NCBI GenBank assembly: GCA_964619465.1
Contig: CAZUES010000021.1
Location: 2,510 to 66,509, forward strand
DNA length: 64,000 nucleotides
Direction of reading: 5' to 3'
From: an uncultured Gemmatimonas sp.
GTDB lineage: Bacteria > Gemmatimonadota > Gemmatimonadetes > Gemmatimonadales > GWC2-71-9
Shown in pieces: positions 16,774 through 26,234 of this stretch. The notes under the pieces are model-generated. The model did not search any database. It saw nothing but the letters and a program-made list of their open reading frames with translations, and was not told the DNA's origin. Numbering within the stretch: the stretch's first letter is position 1; each line of letters begins with the position of its first letter. The translations under genes and the position numbers were made by a program.

Positions 16774-17925
16774 TTAGATACCGGGTCGTCCCCATCGCTC
16801 GAGGTGCTGGAGGCCGTCCTCATCCTCCCTCGCGACGTAGACCGCGCGTGCCGTCACCGCCACGACTCGACTGCTCGGTGCCAGTTCGACCTGATACCTC
16901 CGCACGCCTTGTCCGTCGAATACGTCGTAGCGCGGGGGCTCGCCGTGGCGCCGATGGCGGAGCACCCAGAGCTCGGTGCCGGGTCCGACGATCACCCCGG
17001 AGGGGTCGAAGGGCGGTTTCTCGTCGGCGATCGGCGGAGTCATGTTGCCCATGATGGACTGCGCATCGATGACTTTCCCGTCCGATCCGCGGACTCGCGG
17101 GCCGCCGCCGGCGAGAGTTGCTCGCTGTCGCCGGATGACGGCGTCGCGATCTTGCCGAGTGACGGGAAGCCGCTCCCAGGTCACGGCCGGCCCGATCACC
17201 GGTGCTCCTTCGGCTCGGTGCCATTCGACATGATACGGGGCGTAGCGCACCAGGGCCAGATCACCATTGTCGGCGAGGGCCCAGCCATCGGCGGGACCGA
17301 AAGACACAGCCAAAAACACGCGGACATTCCCGGCGGCTTCCATGAGACGCCGCTCCTGTGCTTTCAGGGCGGCGATGCCCTCGATCTCCGCGGCAGTCAG
17401 CGGACCGCATGCGACGATGGCGGAGTCGGGCAGCGTTCCTTGTGGTGCCATCGTATTGGGTTGCTGGCAGTATCGCCCCGTCGAAGCGATCTTGGTCCCG
17501 TCTGTCCGGCTGGAGATCGAGGTGCCGACCTGGCCTCTGACGGCGGGGAGGGGCATGGTGCGCCCGGTTGTTCCATCGGGATGGATGACGAGCAGTCGCC
17601 GCAACCCCGGATCGTGGAGCATGGTGGTATCGGCCGGGGCGCCGAAGACCGCGCCGACGCCGCCGTACTCGCCAGGCCCGCCGCCACGGCGTCCGATCGG
17701 TCGGTTGGTGCGAAGATCCGCGCTCAGCAACTGGACGGCTTGATCGCGCGAGTCGGAGACGATGATGCGACCGTCGGAGAGCTCGCGTACGGCGGTCACG
17801 TGCGAGAACTCGTGGGTGGCGCGTGTCATGCCCGCTAAGCGGCGAACCGGTACCTCCTGAGCGGATATCGAGCCGGCGAGGAGCGCGAGCGTGGCGCAGC
17901 ACCGGCCGGTAGAAAGGGAGATCAC
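16774..17925 (-). CDS. Secreted hypothetical protein, probably beta-propeller-like
   Basis: The GTG at 17925 is preceded by GGAGGA (minus strand AACGGAGGACGCGCA-GTG) and followed by the signal peptide VISLSTGRCCATLALLAGSISAQ. The track ORF upstream extension is R/P-rich junk. The fold call is a weak inference from repeated strand-like segments. Confidence 0.5.
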   Translation of the reverse strand: MISLSTGRCCATLALLAGSISAQEVPVRRLAGMTRATHEFSHVTAVRELSDGRIIVSDSRDQAVQLLSADLRTNRPIGRRGGGPGEYGGVGAVFGAPADTTMLHDPGLRRLLVIHPDGTTGRTMPLPAVRGQVGTSISSRTDGTKIASTGRYCQQPNTMAPQGTLPDSAIVACGPLTAAEIEGIAALKAQERRLMEAAGNVRVFLAVSFGPADGWALADNGDLALVRYAPYHVEWHRAEGAPVIGPAVTWERLPVTRQDRDAVIRRQRATLAGGGPRVRGSDGKVIDAQSIMGNMTPPIADEKPPFDPSGVIVGPGTELWVLRHRRHGEPPRYDVFDGQGVRRYQVELAPSSRVVAVTARAVYVAREDEDGLQHLERWGRPGI

Positions 17926-18379
17926 TGCGCGTCCTCCGTTGTCGGGGCAGAACTGCGGGCAATACCGTCGTAGAGGTGGGATGCGTCGGGTCGTCCGGGG
18001 GTGGCTGCTCCGGTGCCGAACCGGGACGAATGGCAAGGATGCCGTGCGGAACGGTCGTCGGCGACCGTATGCAGGCGGGGCGGGGCGGGCCCGGCTCAAG
18101 ACCGATACCAGCCGGGCTCGCCGCCGCCAGCGGTCGTCAGGACCGGCTGGGACGAACGGCGTCCGGCCTGTTCCGATCGGCGAATCTGGCGGTGGAAATG
18201 GGTCGTAAGAAGGGCGGAGAGGAAGCGTCGTCATCTGCCTGGATCGTTGTGGCGTGCCAATCGGGACGGGCAAGTTCCATTGTCTATCGAACCGCAAATT
18301 TCGGCCCGGTGTCGGTACCTCCGATGGTCCCTTGGATCACAGGTTGGGGATATGGAAACGCGATGTTGAGCGGACCGGC

Positions 18380-19525
18380 GTGACGATATCTCGGCGGATC
18401 GTCGATCTCAGACGGCGTTGGCCACCGTGGCCATTGTGGGTGGGGTCCGCCGCGCTCTGGGCCTTCCTCACGGCGACGATCGTGTCATCCAATCTCGAGA
18501 GCGCCACCCGGACGGGGCGGGGCATTTCGATCGTCACCATCACGATCTATGTCTTGATCGGTACCGTTCCGTGGGCGTTTTCGATGCCGCTCCTGGTATG
18601 GTTCTCCGCCAAGCGGCTCGTCGTCGGTCCTCGGCCTTGGCGGCATCTGGTGCAGATCCTCGTCCTCTCCCTGGCCTGGCTCGCCGTGGCAACGATCGCG
18701 ACGCATGCGCTCCGGGCTGCCGTGGCCGGCCGGTCGTTCGGCGAGCAGATCGCACAGTGGGTGGTCTCGAGCGGCTGGGCCACGGTGGTGATCGAGTACT
18801 GGACGCTGGTGCTCTACGCGGTATTCGGACAGGCGATCGGCTTCTGGGATCGAACACGTCAACGGGAGCGCGAGCTGGCACGTGCCGCGACCGAGCGCGC
18901 CGAACTGGCGGGGGCACTCACGCAAGCGCAGCTTGCGAATCTGCGGATGCGGGTGCACCCGCATTTCATCTTCAATTCGCTCAACTCGGTCGCGGCGTTG
19001 ATCCGTCGCGGCGACGATACTAGGGCGGTCGAGATGGTCGTCGGCCTCGCGGACCTGATGCGAGCCGTGCTCAGCGACGGCAGTTTGCCCGTCCATTCCC
19101 TCGGTGAGGAAGTCGCGCTCTTGACGCGTTACCTCGACGTCCAACGCATGCGGTACGGCGATCGGGTCAGTCTCACTATCGTGATTCCGGATGCGCTGCG
19201 GGACAGTTCCATCCCGACGTTGCTACTGCAGCCTCTGGTCGAGAACGCCGTGCGGCACGGGATCGCGGAGTTGCCCGAGGCCGCGGAGATCCGGGTATCC
19301 GCCGAACGGACGCCGGAGCGTCTCGTCGTGACGGTGACCAACGATGGCCCGCCTCTGCCGTCGGGGTTCGATCCGGAGCGCGTCACCGGGCTCGGTCTGG
19401 CGCTGGTCCGCCGCCGCCTCGGCTTGTGGGGCGACCGGTCCGGGACGCTGGCGCTGCGCAATACTCCGACCGGTGTCGAGGCGGCTATATCTCTGCCGGC
19501 AAGCCCCATTGCGGAGCAACCGTGA
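18380..19525 (+). CDS. LytS/YehU-type sensor histidine kinase (His_kinase PF06580 type)
   Basis: Four to five N-terminal TM helices, then the H-box region LRMRVHPHFIFNSLNSVAALI and the ATPase blocks LLLQPLVENAVRHG and GLGLALVRRRL. The start is uncertain: GTG at 18380 or ATG at 18254. Confidence 0.8.
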   Translation: MTISRRIVDLRRRWPPWPLWVGSAALWAFLTATIVSSNLESATRTGRGISIVTITIYVLIGTVPWAFSMPLLVWFSAKRLVVGPRPWRHLVQILVLSLAWLAVATIATHALRAAVAGRSFGEQIAQWVVSSGWATVVIEYWTLVLYAVFGQAIGFWDRTRQRERELARAATERAELAGALTQAQLANLRMRVHPHFIFNSLNSVAALIRRGDDTRAVEMVVGLADLMRAVLSDGSLPVHSLGEEVALLTRYLDVQRMRYGDRVSLTIVIPDALRDSSIPTLLLQPLVENAVRHGIAELPEAAEIRVSAERTPERLVVTVTNDGPPLPSGFDPERVTGLGLALVRRRLGLWGDRSGTLALRNTPTGVEAAISLPASPIAEQP

Positions 19526-20340
19526 TTGATCTCCGGATCCTGATCGTCGACGACGAGCCGCTGGCCCGCGATAACCTCCGCCTCATGCTGGAAAACCGTC
19601 CCGCCTGTCGAGTCATCGGCGAAGCGGCCAATGCGACGGCAGCGTGGCGCTGGCTCGAGAACCATCGGGTGGACGTGGTGTTCCTCGACATTCAGATGCC
19701 GGGGATCAACGGGATCGATCTCGCCAGTACGTTGAGTGGCCCAGCCCGGCCGCTGATCATCTTTGTCACGGCGTACGAGGAGTTTGCATTAGCGGCGTTC
19801 GGCGTGAGCGCCGCGGACTACCTACTCAAGCCCTATGACGAGGCCCGGCTGGCGCTGGCCCTGGAGCGAGCGGCGGAGCGCCACGCTGAGCGGCTCAGCC
19901 ATGCCGCCCTGTCCGCCGTCGACGGCGTGGTCGAAGACCTGCGGACCAACGGATCGGCCGCCCAGCTCGTCTCGGCCGGCGAGGACGGACCGAACGGACC
20001 GTCCGACCGCCGTCTGATCGTTCGTGACGGCCGCCGCGTATTCTATATCCCGTATCGCGAGATTCTCTGGTTCGAGACGTCGCGCAATTATCTCCGGGTC
20101 CATACGGCGCAGCGGTCGCACCTGTTACGCCAGCCGTTACGCGAGCTCGAACAAATCCTCGATCCCGCGCTGTTCATCCGGGTCCATCGCCGAGCCGTTG
20201 TCAATCTGGATCATGTGGCCGAAGTCCGAGCCGGGTTTCGGGGCGACTACCGGATCCGGATGACCTCGGGCGCTTCGGTGACGCTCAGCCGGCGCCGTCG
20301 CGACGCGATCGCGCAGCTGATGGCTCGGCACCGGCCCTGA
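19522..20340 (+). CDS. LytR/AlgR-family response regulator (REC + LytTR DNA-binding domain)
   Basis: GTG start in a GTGA overlap with the kinase stop. REC motifs ILIVDDEP and VVFLDIQMPGINGIDL. LytTR block: RVFYIPYREILWFETSRNYLRVHT...FIRVHRRAVVNLDHV. Confidence 0.85.
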   Translation: MIDLRILIVDDEPLARDNLRLMLENRPACRVIGEAANATAAWRWLENHRVDVVFLDIQMPGINGIDLASTLSGPARPLIIFVTAYEEFALAAFGVSAADYLLKPYDEARLALALERAAERHAERLSHAALSAVDGVVEDLRTNGSAAQLVSAGEDGPNGPSDRRLIVRDGRRVFYIPYREILWFETSRNYLRVHTAQRSHLLRQPLRELEQILDPALFIRVHRRAVVNLDHVAEVRAGFRGDYRIRMTSGASVTLSRRRRDAIAQLMARHRP

Positions 20341-20408
20341 CCGACCGGGCCGCCGGCTGAGGACGTCCGGCGGCGGACCGAACCATGATACCCTCACGCA
20401 GGAGTCCG

Positions 20409-20969
20409 ATGATGTCTCATGTTCGTCGATGGCCTTTGCTCGTTCTCGGTGCGATCCTGGCGCTCGCTCGCCCCGCCGCGGGGCAGGATCGCGCGGCGGG
20501 CACGACGGTGGTCGTCCTGGTGCGCCATGCGGAGCGCGCCTCCGACGGCGGTGCGGATCCGTCGTTGACGGCGGTCGGCCGCGCCCGGGCGGACGAGCTG
20601 GCGGCGCTATTGGGCAAGGCCGAGGTAACCGGGATCCTGACGACGCCTTTTGCCCGGACGCGAGAGACGGCTGCGCCATTGGCACAGGCGCGCGACCTCG
20701 AGGTTCGGGCCGTGCCGGTAGCCGGCGGGCTTACGGCGCACGTCGCTCAGACGGTAGAAGCGATTCGAGGACCGCTCGCCGGCGGCACCGTGCTCGTCGT
20801 CGGTCATGGCAACACGGTGCCGGGAATCCTGAGCGCCCTTGGCGGGCCCGCCATTCCCACGCTGTGCGAGGCGGCCTACGACCGACTCTTCATACTGGTG
20901 CTGGAACCGGGGCAGTCGCCTCGGTTTCTGGAGACGCGGTATGGCGGGCCGAGCGAGGCTTGCAGCTAG
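20409..20969 (+). CDS. Histidine phosphatase superfamily (SixA / PGAM-like) protein with a signal peptide
   Basis: GGAG lies 5 nt before the ATG at 20409. Signal peptide MMSHVRRWPLLVLGAILALARPAAG. Catalytic motifs VVLVRHAER, TRETA and VVGHGNT. Confidence 0.7.
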   Translation: MMSHVRRWPLLVLGAILALARPAAGQDRAAGTTVVVLVRHAERASDGGADPSLTAVGRARADELAALLGKAEVTGILTTPFARTRETAAPLAQARDLEVRAVPVAGGLTAHVAQTVEAIRGPLAGGTVLVVGHGNTVPGILSALGGPAIPTLCEAAYDRLFILVLEPGQSPRFLETRYGGPSEACS

Positions 20970-21164
20970 TGTTGTGTCATACCATTGACGAACGCACTGC
21001 AAGACGCGACATGCAGATCGCGTGCGCCATTCGCGGCGATACCCTGATCGCGAATTCGTACGTCCGCCGTTAGCCCTTCCTTTTAGCCGTTGATCCCTCG
21101 AATGCCGGGCAACAGTAGCTGCTCCGCGGCCTGCCGTGTAGTTAAGAGCCCTCTATCAGTGAGT

Positions 21165-21470
21165 ATGAACGATTCGCCCGCGACCGTCGCCGCAGCGCGT
21201 ATGTCGTGGCTCGTTCCACATCATCGCTCGGAGGCGCCGATGAATGGTGCGCGGTGTGTCATGGAAGTGCGTGCCGTTCTGGTCGCCTACCGGATTGCGG
21301 TCGGCAACGCGCTCTGGGAACAGTGGAAATTCGCCGACTCATACTTCCCCCTTCCGATCGCCCGCTACACTAAAGCCCGCCTTATCCCGGCGGAGGCGCT
21401 GGACGTCGATGATCTGCAGACGGCGGTCAATATCGTTGCCCACCTGCATCAGACTGCCGGGCTCCGATGA
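21165..21470 (+). CDS. Hypothetical protein (weak call)
   Basis: The ORF has G/C-rich third positions and its stop overlaps the next ATG (ATGA at 21467-21470). I recognise no family. Confidence 0.3.
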   Translation: MNDSPATVAAARMSWLVPHHRSEAPMNGARCVMEVRAVLVAYRIAVGNALWEQWKFADSYFPLPIARYTKARLIPAEALDVDDLQTAVNIVAHLHQTAGLR

Positions 21471-21794
21471 CCCTGCGACTGGCAATCGGCGTCGCCGCAC
21501 TCGCGGTGTTCGGTGTTTTGCGGCTTGATGCGCAGCAACGCGGCCCCAGCGTGCCGGCGCCCTACTATCCCGCTCAATCCGGTCTACGTCCTCATGTGGC
21601 GGTTCAACACCGGACGAAAACAACTGCCGGCGGCGCCGGAGCAAAGCTTCTACGCAGCTGGTGGCGGCGGGAACTACCTCTGGGTCGATCCCGAGCACGA
21701 CCCCGTGGTCGTGGTGCGATGGGTTCCCGACTTGAACGGTGTGGTCGAACGGGTGCTCGCGGCACTCGAACCGGTGGCCCGCCGCGGACCATGA
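21467..21794 (+). pseudogene. Beta-lactamase-fold hydrolase relic with a large internal deletion and frameshift
   Basis: One frame (from 21467) encodes a signal peptide plus APYYP, as in the paralogue at 23312 (MTLRLAIGVAALAVFGVLRLDAQ..PAPYYP versus VAALWAGGVAIAVAQPAPYYP). From about 21560 another frame encodes only the family C-terminus: SFYAAGGGGNYLWVDPEHDPVVVVRW versus SYAMRGGGGFYCWIDPVNELVIVVKA. Confidence 0.6.
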
Positions 21795-22195
21795 CGCTTG
21801 AGCGGCGCGGGTTTCTCCGATTGGCGGCGCTCGGAGCGGTCCTCCCGTGGGTTGCATCGGAGTCCGACCAGGGTGGCGTACTCAAGATCCGGTTGCGGGA
21901 CCATCCGAATCTCGCGACGCCCCAGGGTGCCTTGCGTGTGCAACCACCTGGGATGAAAGGGCCGCTCGATATCCTGGTGCTGCCGGAGGGTGGCTATGCA
22001 GCCGTGTGGCCAGTGTGCACCCACAACGGATGTCAGGTCCGTCCCGAGGGGTGGGAGCTCTTCTGCCCGTGTCACGGCTCGATCTTCGCCCGAGACGGCC
22101 GGGTGCTGAGCGGGCCCGCCCTGAAGCCGTTGCGGCGCCTGCCGCTCGTCGAAACCGCCAGCGGCGAGCTGCACATCACCTTGCAGGAACTCTGA
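21791..22195 (+). CDS. Tat-exported Rieske [2Fe-2S] domain protein
   Basis: Twin-arginine signal MTLERRGFLRLAALGAV. Rieske ligand boxes CTHNGCQV and CPCHGSIF. The ATG overlaps the preceding ORF stop (ATGA). Confidence 0.8.
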   Translation: MTLERRGFLRLAALGAVLPWVASESDQGGVLKIRLRDHPNLATPQGALRVQPPGMKGPLDILVLPEGGYAAVWPVCTHNGCQVRPEGWELFCPCHGSIFARDGRVLSGPALKPLRRLPLVETASGELHITLQEL

Positions 22196-22247
22196 TCCGA
22201 CCGGGTCCGAGTGACGATAGTCTTCAGCCTAGCGGAGTAGAGGCACC

Positions 22248-23315
22248 ATGAGCATGGTATTCGATGGCACTCGGCGCTTGGCGCGATCCGGCGGGCTCGC
22301 GATCGCATTGACCGCCTTGGCGGCAGGATGCGATCCGGCGCAGGGACAGGAGTACCTGTACGTCCAGAACAGTCGCGGCGGCGACATCACCGTCATCTCG
22401 ATTCCCCGACACGAGATCGTCGGCACCATCCCCGCCTCCAAGGTCGGCAAGGTGCCCGACGACGTAGTACCCTCGACCGACGGCACCAAACTGTTCATTC
22501 CGCGGATCGAAGGCGAGGATGTCCTCGTCATCAGTACCGAAACCGAAGAAGTGTTGTATACCGTTCCAGTCGGCGGGACGCCGCATCACGTCACGGTCTC
22601 CCGCGACGATCGGTTTCTGTACGTGCCGATCTTCAACGATGCGTTCGTTGAGGTCATCGACCTTGAGCAGCGGAAAGTCGTAGCCCGCGTGCCGGTCGGG
22701 TACGGCCCGCATGGAACGATTCTGTCCGCCGACGGCAAGCGCGTCTATGTCGGGAACATTCTGAGCGAGCGGATGGCCGTGATCGAAGTCGGGACGCACC
22801 GGCTGGTCAAGGGGATCGAGATGCCCGAAGGCGTTCGGCCGTTCCAGGTCGCGCGAGACGAGAAGAAACTTTGGGCTCAGATCTCCAAGATGCACGGGTT
22901 CGTCGAGGTCGATCTCGCAACCGACCGCGTCACCAAGACGATTCATCTTCCCACCCTCGGAAAGACGGTGCCTGTCGAGGCCTACGCCGCCTTCCCTCAT
23001 ACCATCGGGCACGGGATGTGGCTGACCGGCGACGGGAAGCTACTGTTCGTGGCCGCCACGCTCTATGACTTCGCGGCGGTCTACTCGGTTCCAACGATGG
23101 ATCTCGTGGCGACGATCCCGACCGGGAAAGAGCCCGGGTGGATGGCCTGCAACCGGAGCAGCACCTACTGCTATACCTCGAACCGTGGTGACAACACCCT
23201 GTCCGTCATCTCGGTGGCCGAGAAGAAGGAGATCAAGCGGCTCGACGTCGGGAATTTTCCGCAACGGATGAACACGGCGTTGGTGCCGCGGCGCGCGGTG
23301 AGGAGTGACCGATGA
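22248..23315 (+). CDS. YVTN/YncE-type beta-propeller repeat lipoprotein
   Basis: Lipobox LTALAAGCD. Repeated blocks of about 40 residues: YVQNSRGGDITVISIP, VVPSTDGTKLFIP, VTVSRDDRFLYVP, ILSADGKRVYVGN and YTSNRGDNTLSVISV. Confidence 0.75.
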   Translation: MSMVFDGTRRLARSGGLAIALTALAAGCDPAQGQEYLYVQNSRGGDITVISIPRHEIVGTIPASKVGKVPDDVVPSTDGTKLFIPRIEGEDVLVISTETEEVLYTVPVGGTPHHVTVSRDDRFLYVPIFNDAFVEVIDLEQRKVVARVPVGYGPHGTILSADGKRVYVGNILSERMAVIEVGTHRLVKGIEMPEGVRPFQVARDEKKLWAQISKMHGFVEVDLATDRVTKTIHLPTLGKTVPVEAYAAFPHTIGHGMWLTGDGKLLFVAATLYDFAAVYSVPTMDLVATIPTGKEPGWMACNRSSTYCYTSNRGDNTLSVISVAEKKEIKRLDVGNFPQRMNTALVPRRAVRSDR

Positions 23316-24484
23316 ATGGGATGGCGCGCAGGATCGTGACGGTCGCGGCGCTCTGGGCGGGGGGCGTCGCGATCGCTGTTGCGCAGCCGGCGCCGTACTA
23401 TCCGGGGGCGGCGCCGAACTGGGAGCGCCGGTCGCCCGCGGCCGTGGGGATGGACTCGATTGCGCTGCGCCAGGCGATCGCCTACGCGCTGGCCAACCCG
23501 TCCGGGCTTCTCCGGGCCCAAACGGTCGAGGAGGCAATCGCCACGCAGGAGCGCGGGCTCGCGGCCTCGAACGAGCCCGACCCCAAAGTGATCGGGCCGA
23601 TGATGGTCCACAAGAATGTCAACGGGCTCGTGATCCGGCGCGGGTACATCGTGGCGGAGTTTGGCGATACCAAGTTCGTCGATCTCACGGCGAGTCTCAC
23701 CAAGAGCATTCTGTCGCTGACGGCCGGTGTCACGTTCGATCAGGGGTTGATCCGGCACCTCGACGATCGCGTCGGCGAGTCGATTCGCGATGGCGGGTTC
23801 GATTCGCCCCACAACGCCAAGATCACATGGCGGCAGCTGCTGCAGCAAACCAGCGAGTGGGAAGGGACGCTGTGGGGCAAACCCGATCTGAACGATCGAA
23901 GGACCCGGCGCGGTAAACCGCATAATCTCGGGGAGCCGGGCACGTTCTGGGACTACAACGATGTCCGGGTCAATCGCCTGGCACTGGCGCTCCTCCGTCT
24001 CTGGCAGCAACCGCTGCCCCAGGTCCTGGCCGAGCACATCATGACGCCCATCGGCGCCACGCCGACCTGGGAGTGGCACGGCTACGACAATTCGTGGGTC
24101 AAGATCCGCGGTGTGAATGTGCAATCCGTGAGCGGCGGGGCGCACTGGGGCGGCGGGTTCTGGGTGAGCGCCGAAGACCTCGGCCGGATCGGCCTCCTTT
24201 TCCTGCGAAACGGCAAATGGAACGATCGGCAGCTTCTTTCGCCCGAATGGATCCGGATGTCCGTCACGCCGACCGAGATCCGACGCGATTATGGGTTTTT
24301 GTGGTGGCTCAATACGGATCACCGGTTCTCCAAGAGGAGCCCGACGTCGTCGTACGCGATGCGAGGTGGCGGCGGCTTCTATTGCTGGATCGATCCGGTC
24401 AACGAGCTCGTCATCGTGGTGAAGGCGCTCGGCGGAGATCTCGGCCAGTTCGTCGATCTCATCACGGCGTCGATCGTACAATGA
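23312..24484 (+). CDS. Secreted beta-lactamase-fold serine hydrolase
   Basis: ATGA overlap with the propeller gene. Signal peptide, S-x-x-K (DLTASLTKSILSL) and the C-terminal family block SYAMRGGGGFYCWIDPVNELVIVV. Confidence 0.8.
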   Translation: MNGMARRIVTVAALWAGGVAIAVAQPAPYYPGAAPNWERRSPAAVGMDSIALRQAIAYALANPSGLLRAQTVEEAIATQERGLAASNEPDPKVIGPMMVHKNVNGLVIRRGYIVAEFGDTKFVDLTASLTKSILSLTAGVTFDQGLIRHLDDRVGESIRDGGFDSPHNAKITWRQLLQQTSEWEGTLWGKPDLNDRRTRRGKPHNLGEPGTFWDYNDVRVNRLALALLRLWQQPLPQVLAEHIMTPIGATPTWEWHGYDNSWVKIRGVNVQSVSGGAHWGGGFWVSAEDLGRIGLLFLRNGKWNDRQLLSPEWIRMSVTPTEIRRDYGFLWWLNTDHRFSKRSPTSSYAMRGGGGFYCWIDPVNELVIVVKALGGDLGQFVDLITASIVQ

Positions 24485-24641
24485 CCGTGCTGCGTGCGGT
24501 GGCGCTCATCAGCGGATCACGGTTCGAGGCAACGTTGGGAATCTGTTCGATGTGGCCTTTTCACGAAGCGCCCTTCATTTATCCCGGTTCGGCCATCTGG
24601 CCGAGTGACGGGCGCACCGCTCAGTTGTCTGCGGAGGTGCA

Positions 24642-26234
24642 ATGGTAGGGAAATATCTTGCCATCCATGGCGTGCTGGCGACCGCGGCGGTCGGCGGTGT
24701 TGCGGCGCAGGCGCCGCGGTTCGCCGTCGACTACAAGCTCAATCTCACCACCAAGATTCTCTGCTCGGCGGTGTTCGTGTCGGAGCGCGATCCGGTAGAG
24801 GCAATCTGGAACAGCGCCCACTTGATCGACTTTTCCCACGAGCCCGCCGCGCTGGCGGTCGAGCGCGGGACGGAGTTCGTCCATTTGCGATACCGGCTCG
24901 ACGGCGAGCGGGTCCGACGCTTCGTGACGCCGCGCATCCTGACTGAGCCCGAAAGTTATGACGGGGCCTGGTTAGACGTGGTGGTCGACCGGCGGACGCG
25001 AATTGTCACGAGCGAGCTTCGGGGGCATCGGGCCAAGGCACGGTTCTGGGGCGATCAGGGGTGCGTCGCGCATCCGATGAGCCAGGACAGTGTCTTCTTC
25101 GTACCGCGACGAATCGCCAGCAAGCTGCCGTCCGCCGTATCGCAACCCTGGCCGTGGGGCGACGCCGCGCCGGTAAGCGCGGAAGCCTCGTCGATTCCGA
25201 AGGAAACCGTCGAACGGGTGCTCGATCTGGGTTTCGGACCGAACGCCTATACCGCGGCCATGGTCATCCTGCATCGCGGCCGGATCGTCGGCGAACGTTA
25301 CGCCCAGGGAGCGAACCAGGACATGCAGCTGGAAAGCTGGTCCATGGGCAAGAGCATTACGTCCACGCTACTCGGTGTCCTGATCGCAGATGGCCGCTTC
25401 AAACTGGAGGATCCCGCCCCGGTGCCGACCTGGTACGTGCGCGAGGATGACCCTCGGCAGCGGATCCGGATCGCTGATCTTGTGCGCATGAGCAGCGGCT
25501 TGCGCTTCACCAACGAGGAGCCTCCGCAGACCTGGTCGCGCCTGGAGTCCGATCATCTCTATGTCTATTCCGGTTTGGCCGATGTGTTCCAGCACGCCAT
25601 CATCCAGCCGGTCGAGCACCCGCCCAATACTGTGGGCCGCTATCGCAACTCCGATCCTCTCACGCTCGGCTACCTGATCCGCCGGGCCGTCGAGGAGCGG
25701 GGAGAGGACTATCTGACCTGGCCCCAGCGCGCGCTCTTCGACCGGATCGGGATCCGCCGGCAGGTGCTGGAGCCCGATCTCTATGGCAACTTCGTGCTCA
25801 CGGGTTACGACTACGGCACGCCGAGAAATTGGGCTCGGTTGGGATTGCTGTATCTCCGTGATGGGGTCTGGGACGGTCAGCGCATCCTGCCGGTCGGTTT
25901 CGTCGACTTCGTCCGTGCCCCCGCTCCCGCATGGAGCCAGCCCGTCTATGGCGGCCAGTTCTGGCTCAACGGCGATTGTGTGCCGCGGCCCGATGTCCGG
26001 CCTTGCCGCCACCCGGAGGACGCGCCGTCCCGGCCCGACTTCGCTGCGCGGCGGTGGAACCTGCCGGGCGACGCCTACTACATGGCCGGCGGGGGCGGCC
26101 AGTTCGTCTTCGTCGTGCCGAGCTTGGATCTGGTCGTGGTCCGGATGGGGCACTGGCGGGGTATCGCCCAGTCAGAGCGGACCCTGAATCGCGCGTTCGG
26201 CGCGCTGTCAGAGGCGTTGCTTACCGAGCGGTGA
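24642..26234 (+). CDS. Beta-lactamase-fold serine hydrolase with an N-terminal extension of about 200 aa
   Basis: GGAGG lies 4-5 nt before the ATG. S-x-x-K (ESWSMGKSITSTLLGV) and C-terminal YYMAGGGGQFVFVVPSLDLVVVRMG. Confidence 0.8.
   Translation: MVGKYLAIHGVLATAAVGGVAAQAPRFAVDYKLNLTTKILCSAVFVSERDPVEAIWNSAHLIDFSHEPAALAVERGTEFVHLRYRLDGERVRRFVTPRILTEPESYDGAWLDVVVDRRTRIVTSELRGHRAKARFWGDQGCVAHPMSQDSVFFVPRRIASKLPSAVSQPWPWGDAAPVSAEASSIPKETVERVLDLGFGPNAYTAAMVILHRGRIVGERYAQGANQDMQLESWSMGKSITSTLLGVLIADGRFKLEDPAPVPTWYVREDDPRQRIRIADLVRMSSGLRFTNEEPPQTWSRLESDHLYVYSGLADVFQHAIIQPVEHPPNTVGRYRNSDPLTLGYLIRRAVEERGEDYLTWPQRALFDRIGIRRQVLEPDLYGNFVLTGYDYGTPRNWARLGLLYLRDGVWDGQRILPVGFVDFVRAPAPAWSQPVYGGQFWLNGDCVPRPDVRPCRHPEDAPSRPDFAARRWNLPGDAYYMAGGGGQFVFVVPSLDLVVVRMGHWRGIAQSERTLNRAFGALSEALLTER

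Noticed and set aside
17926-18297. The N-terminal 124-codon extension of the 16774-18297 ORF.
   Set aside because: Its composition is R/P-rich. A GTG with a strong GGAGGA Shine-Dalgarno sequence and a signal peptide occurs at 17925.
21467-22195. The 242-aa ORF read as a single protein.
   Set aside because: It is a composite. The first 35 codons or so match a hydrolase signal peptide, the middle is R/G-rich junk, and only the last 134 codons (from the ATG at 21791, with an RRGFLR Tat motif) form the Rieske protein.
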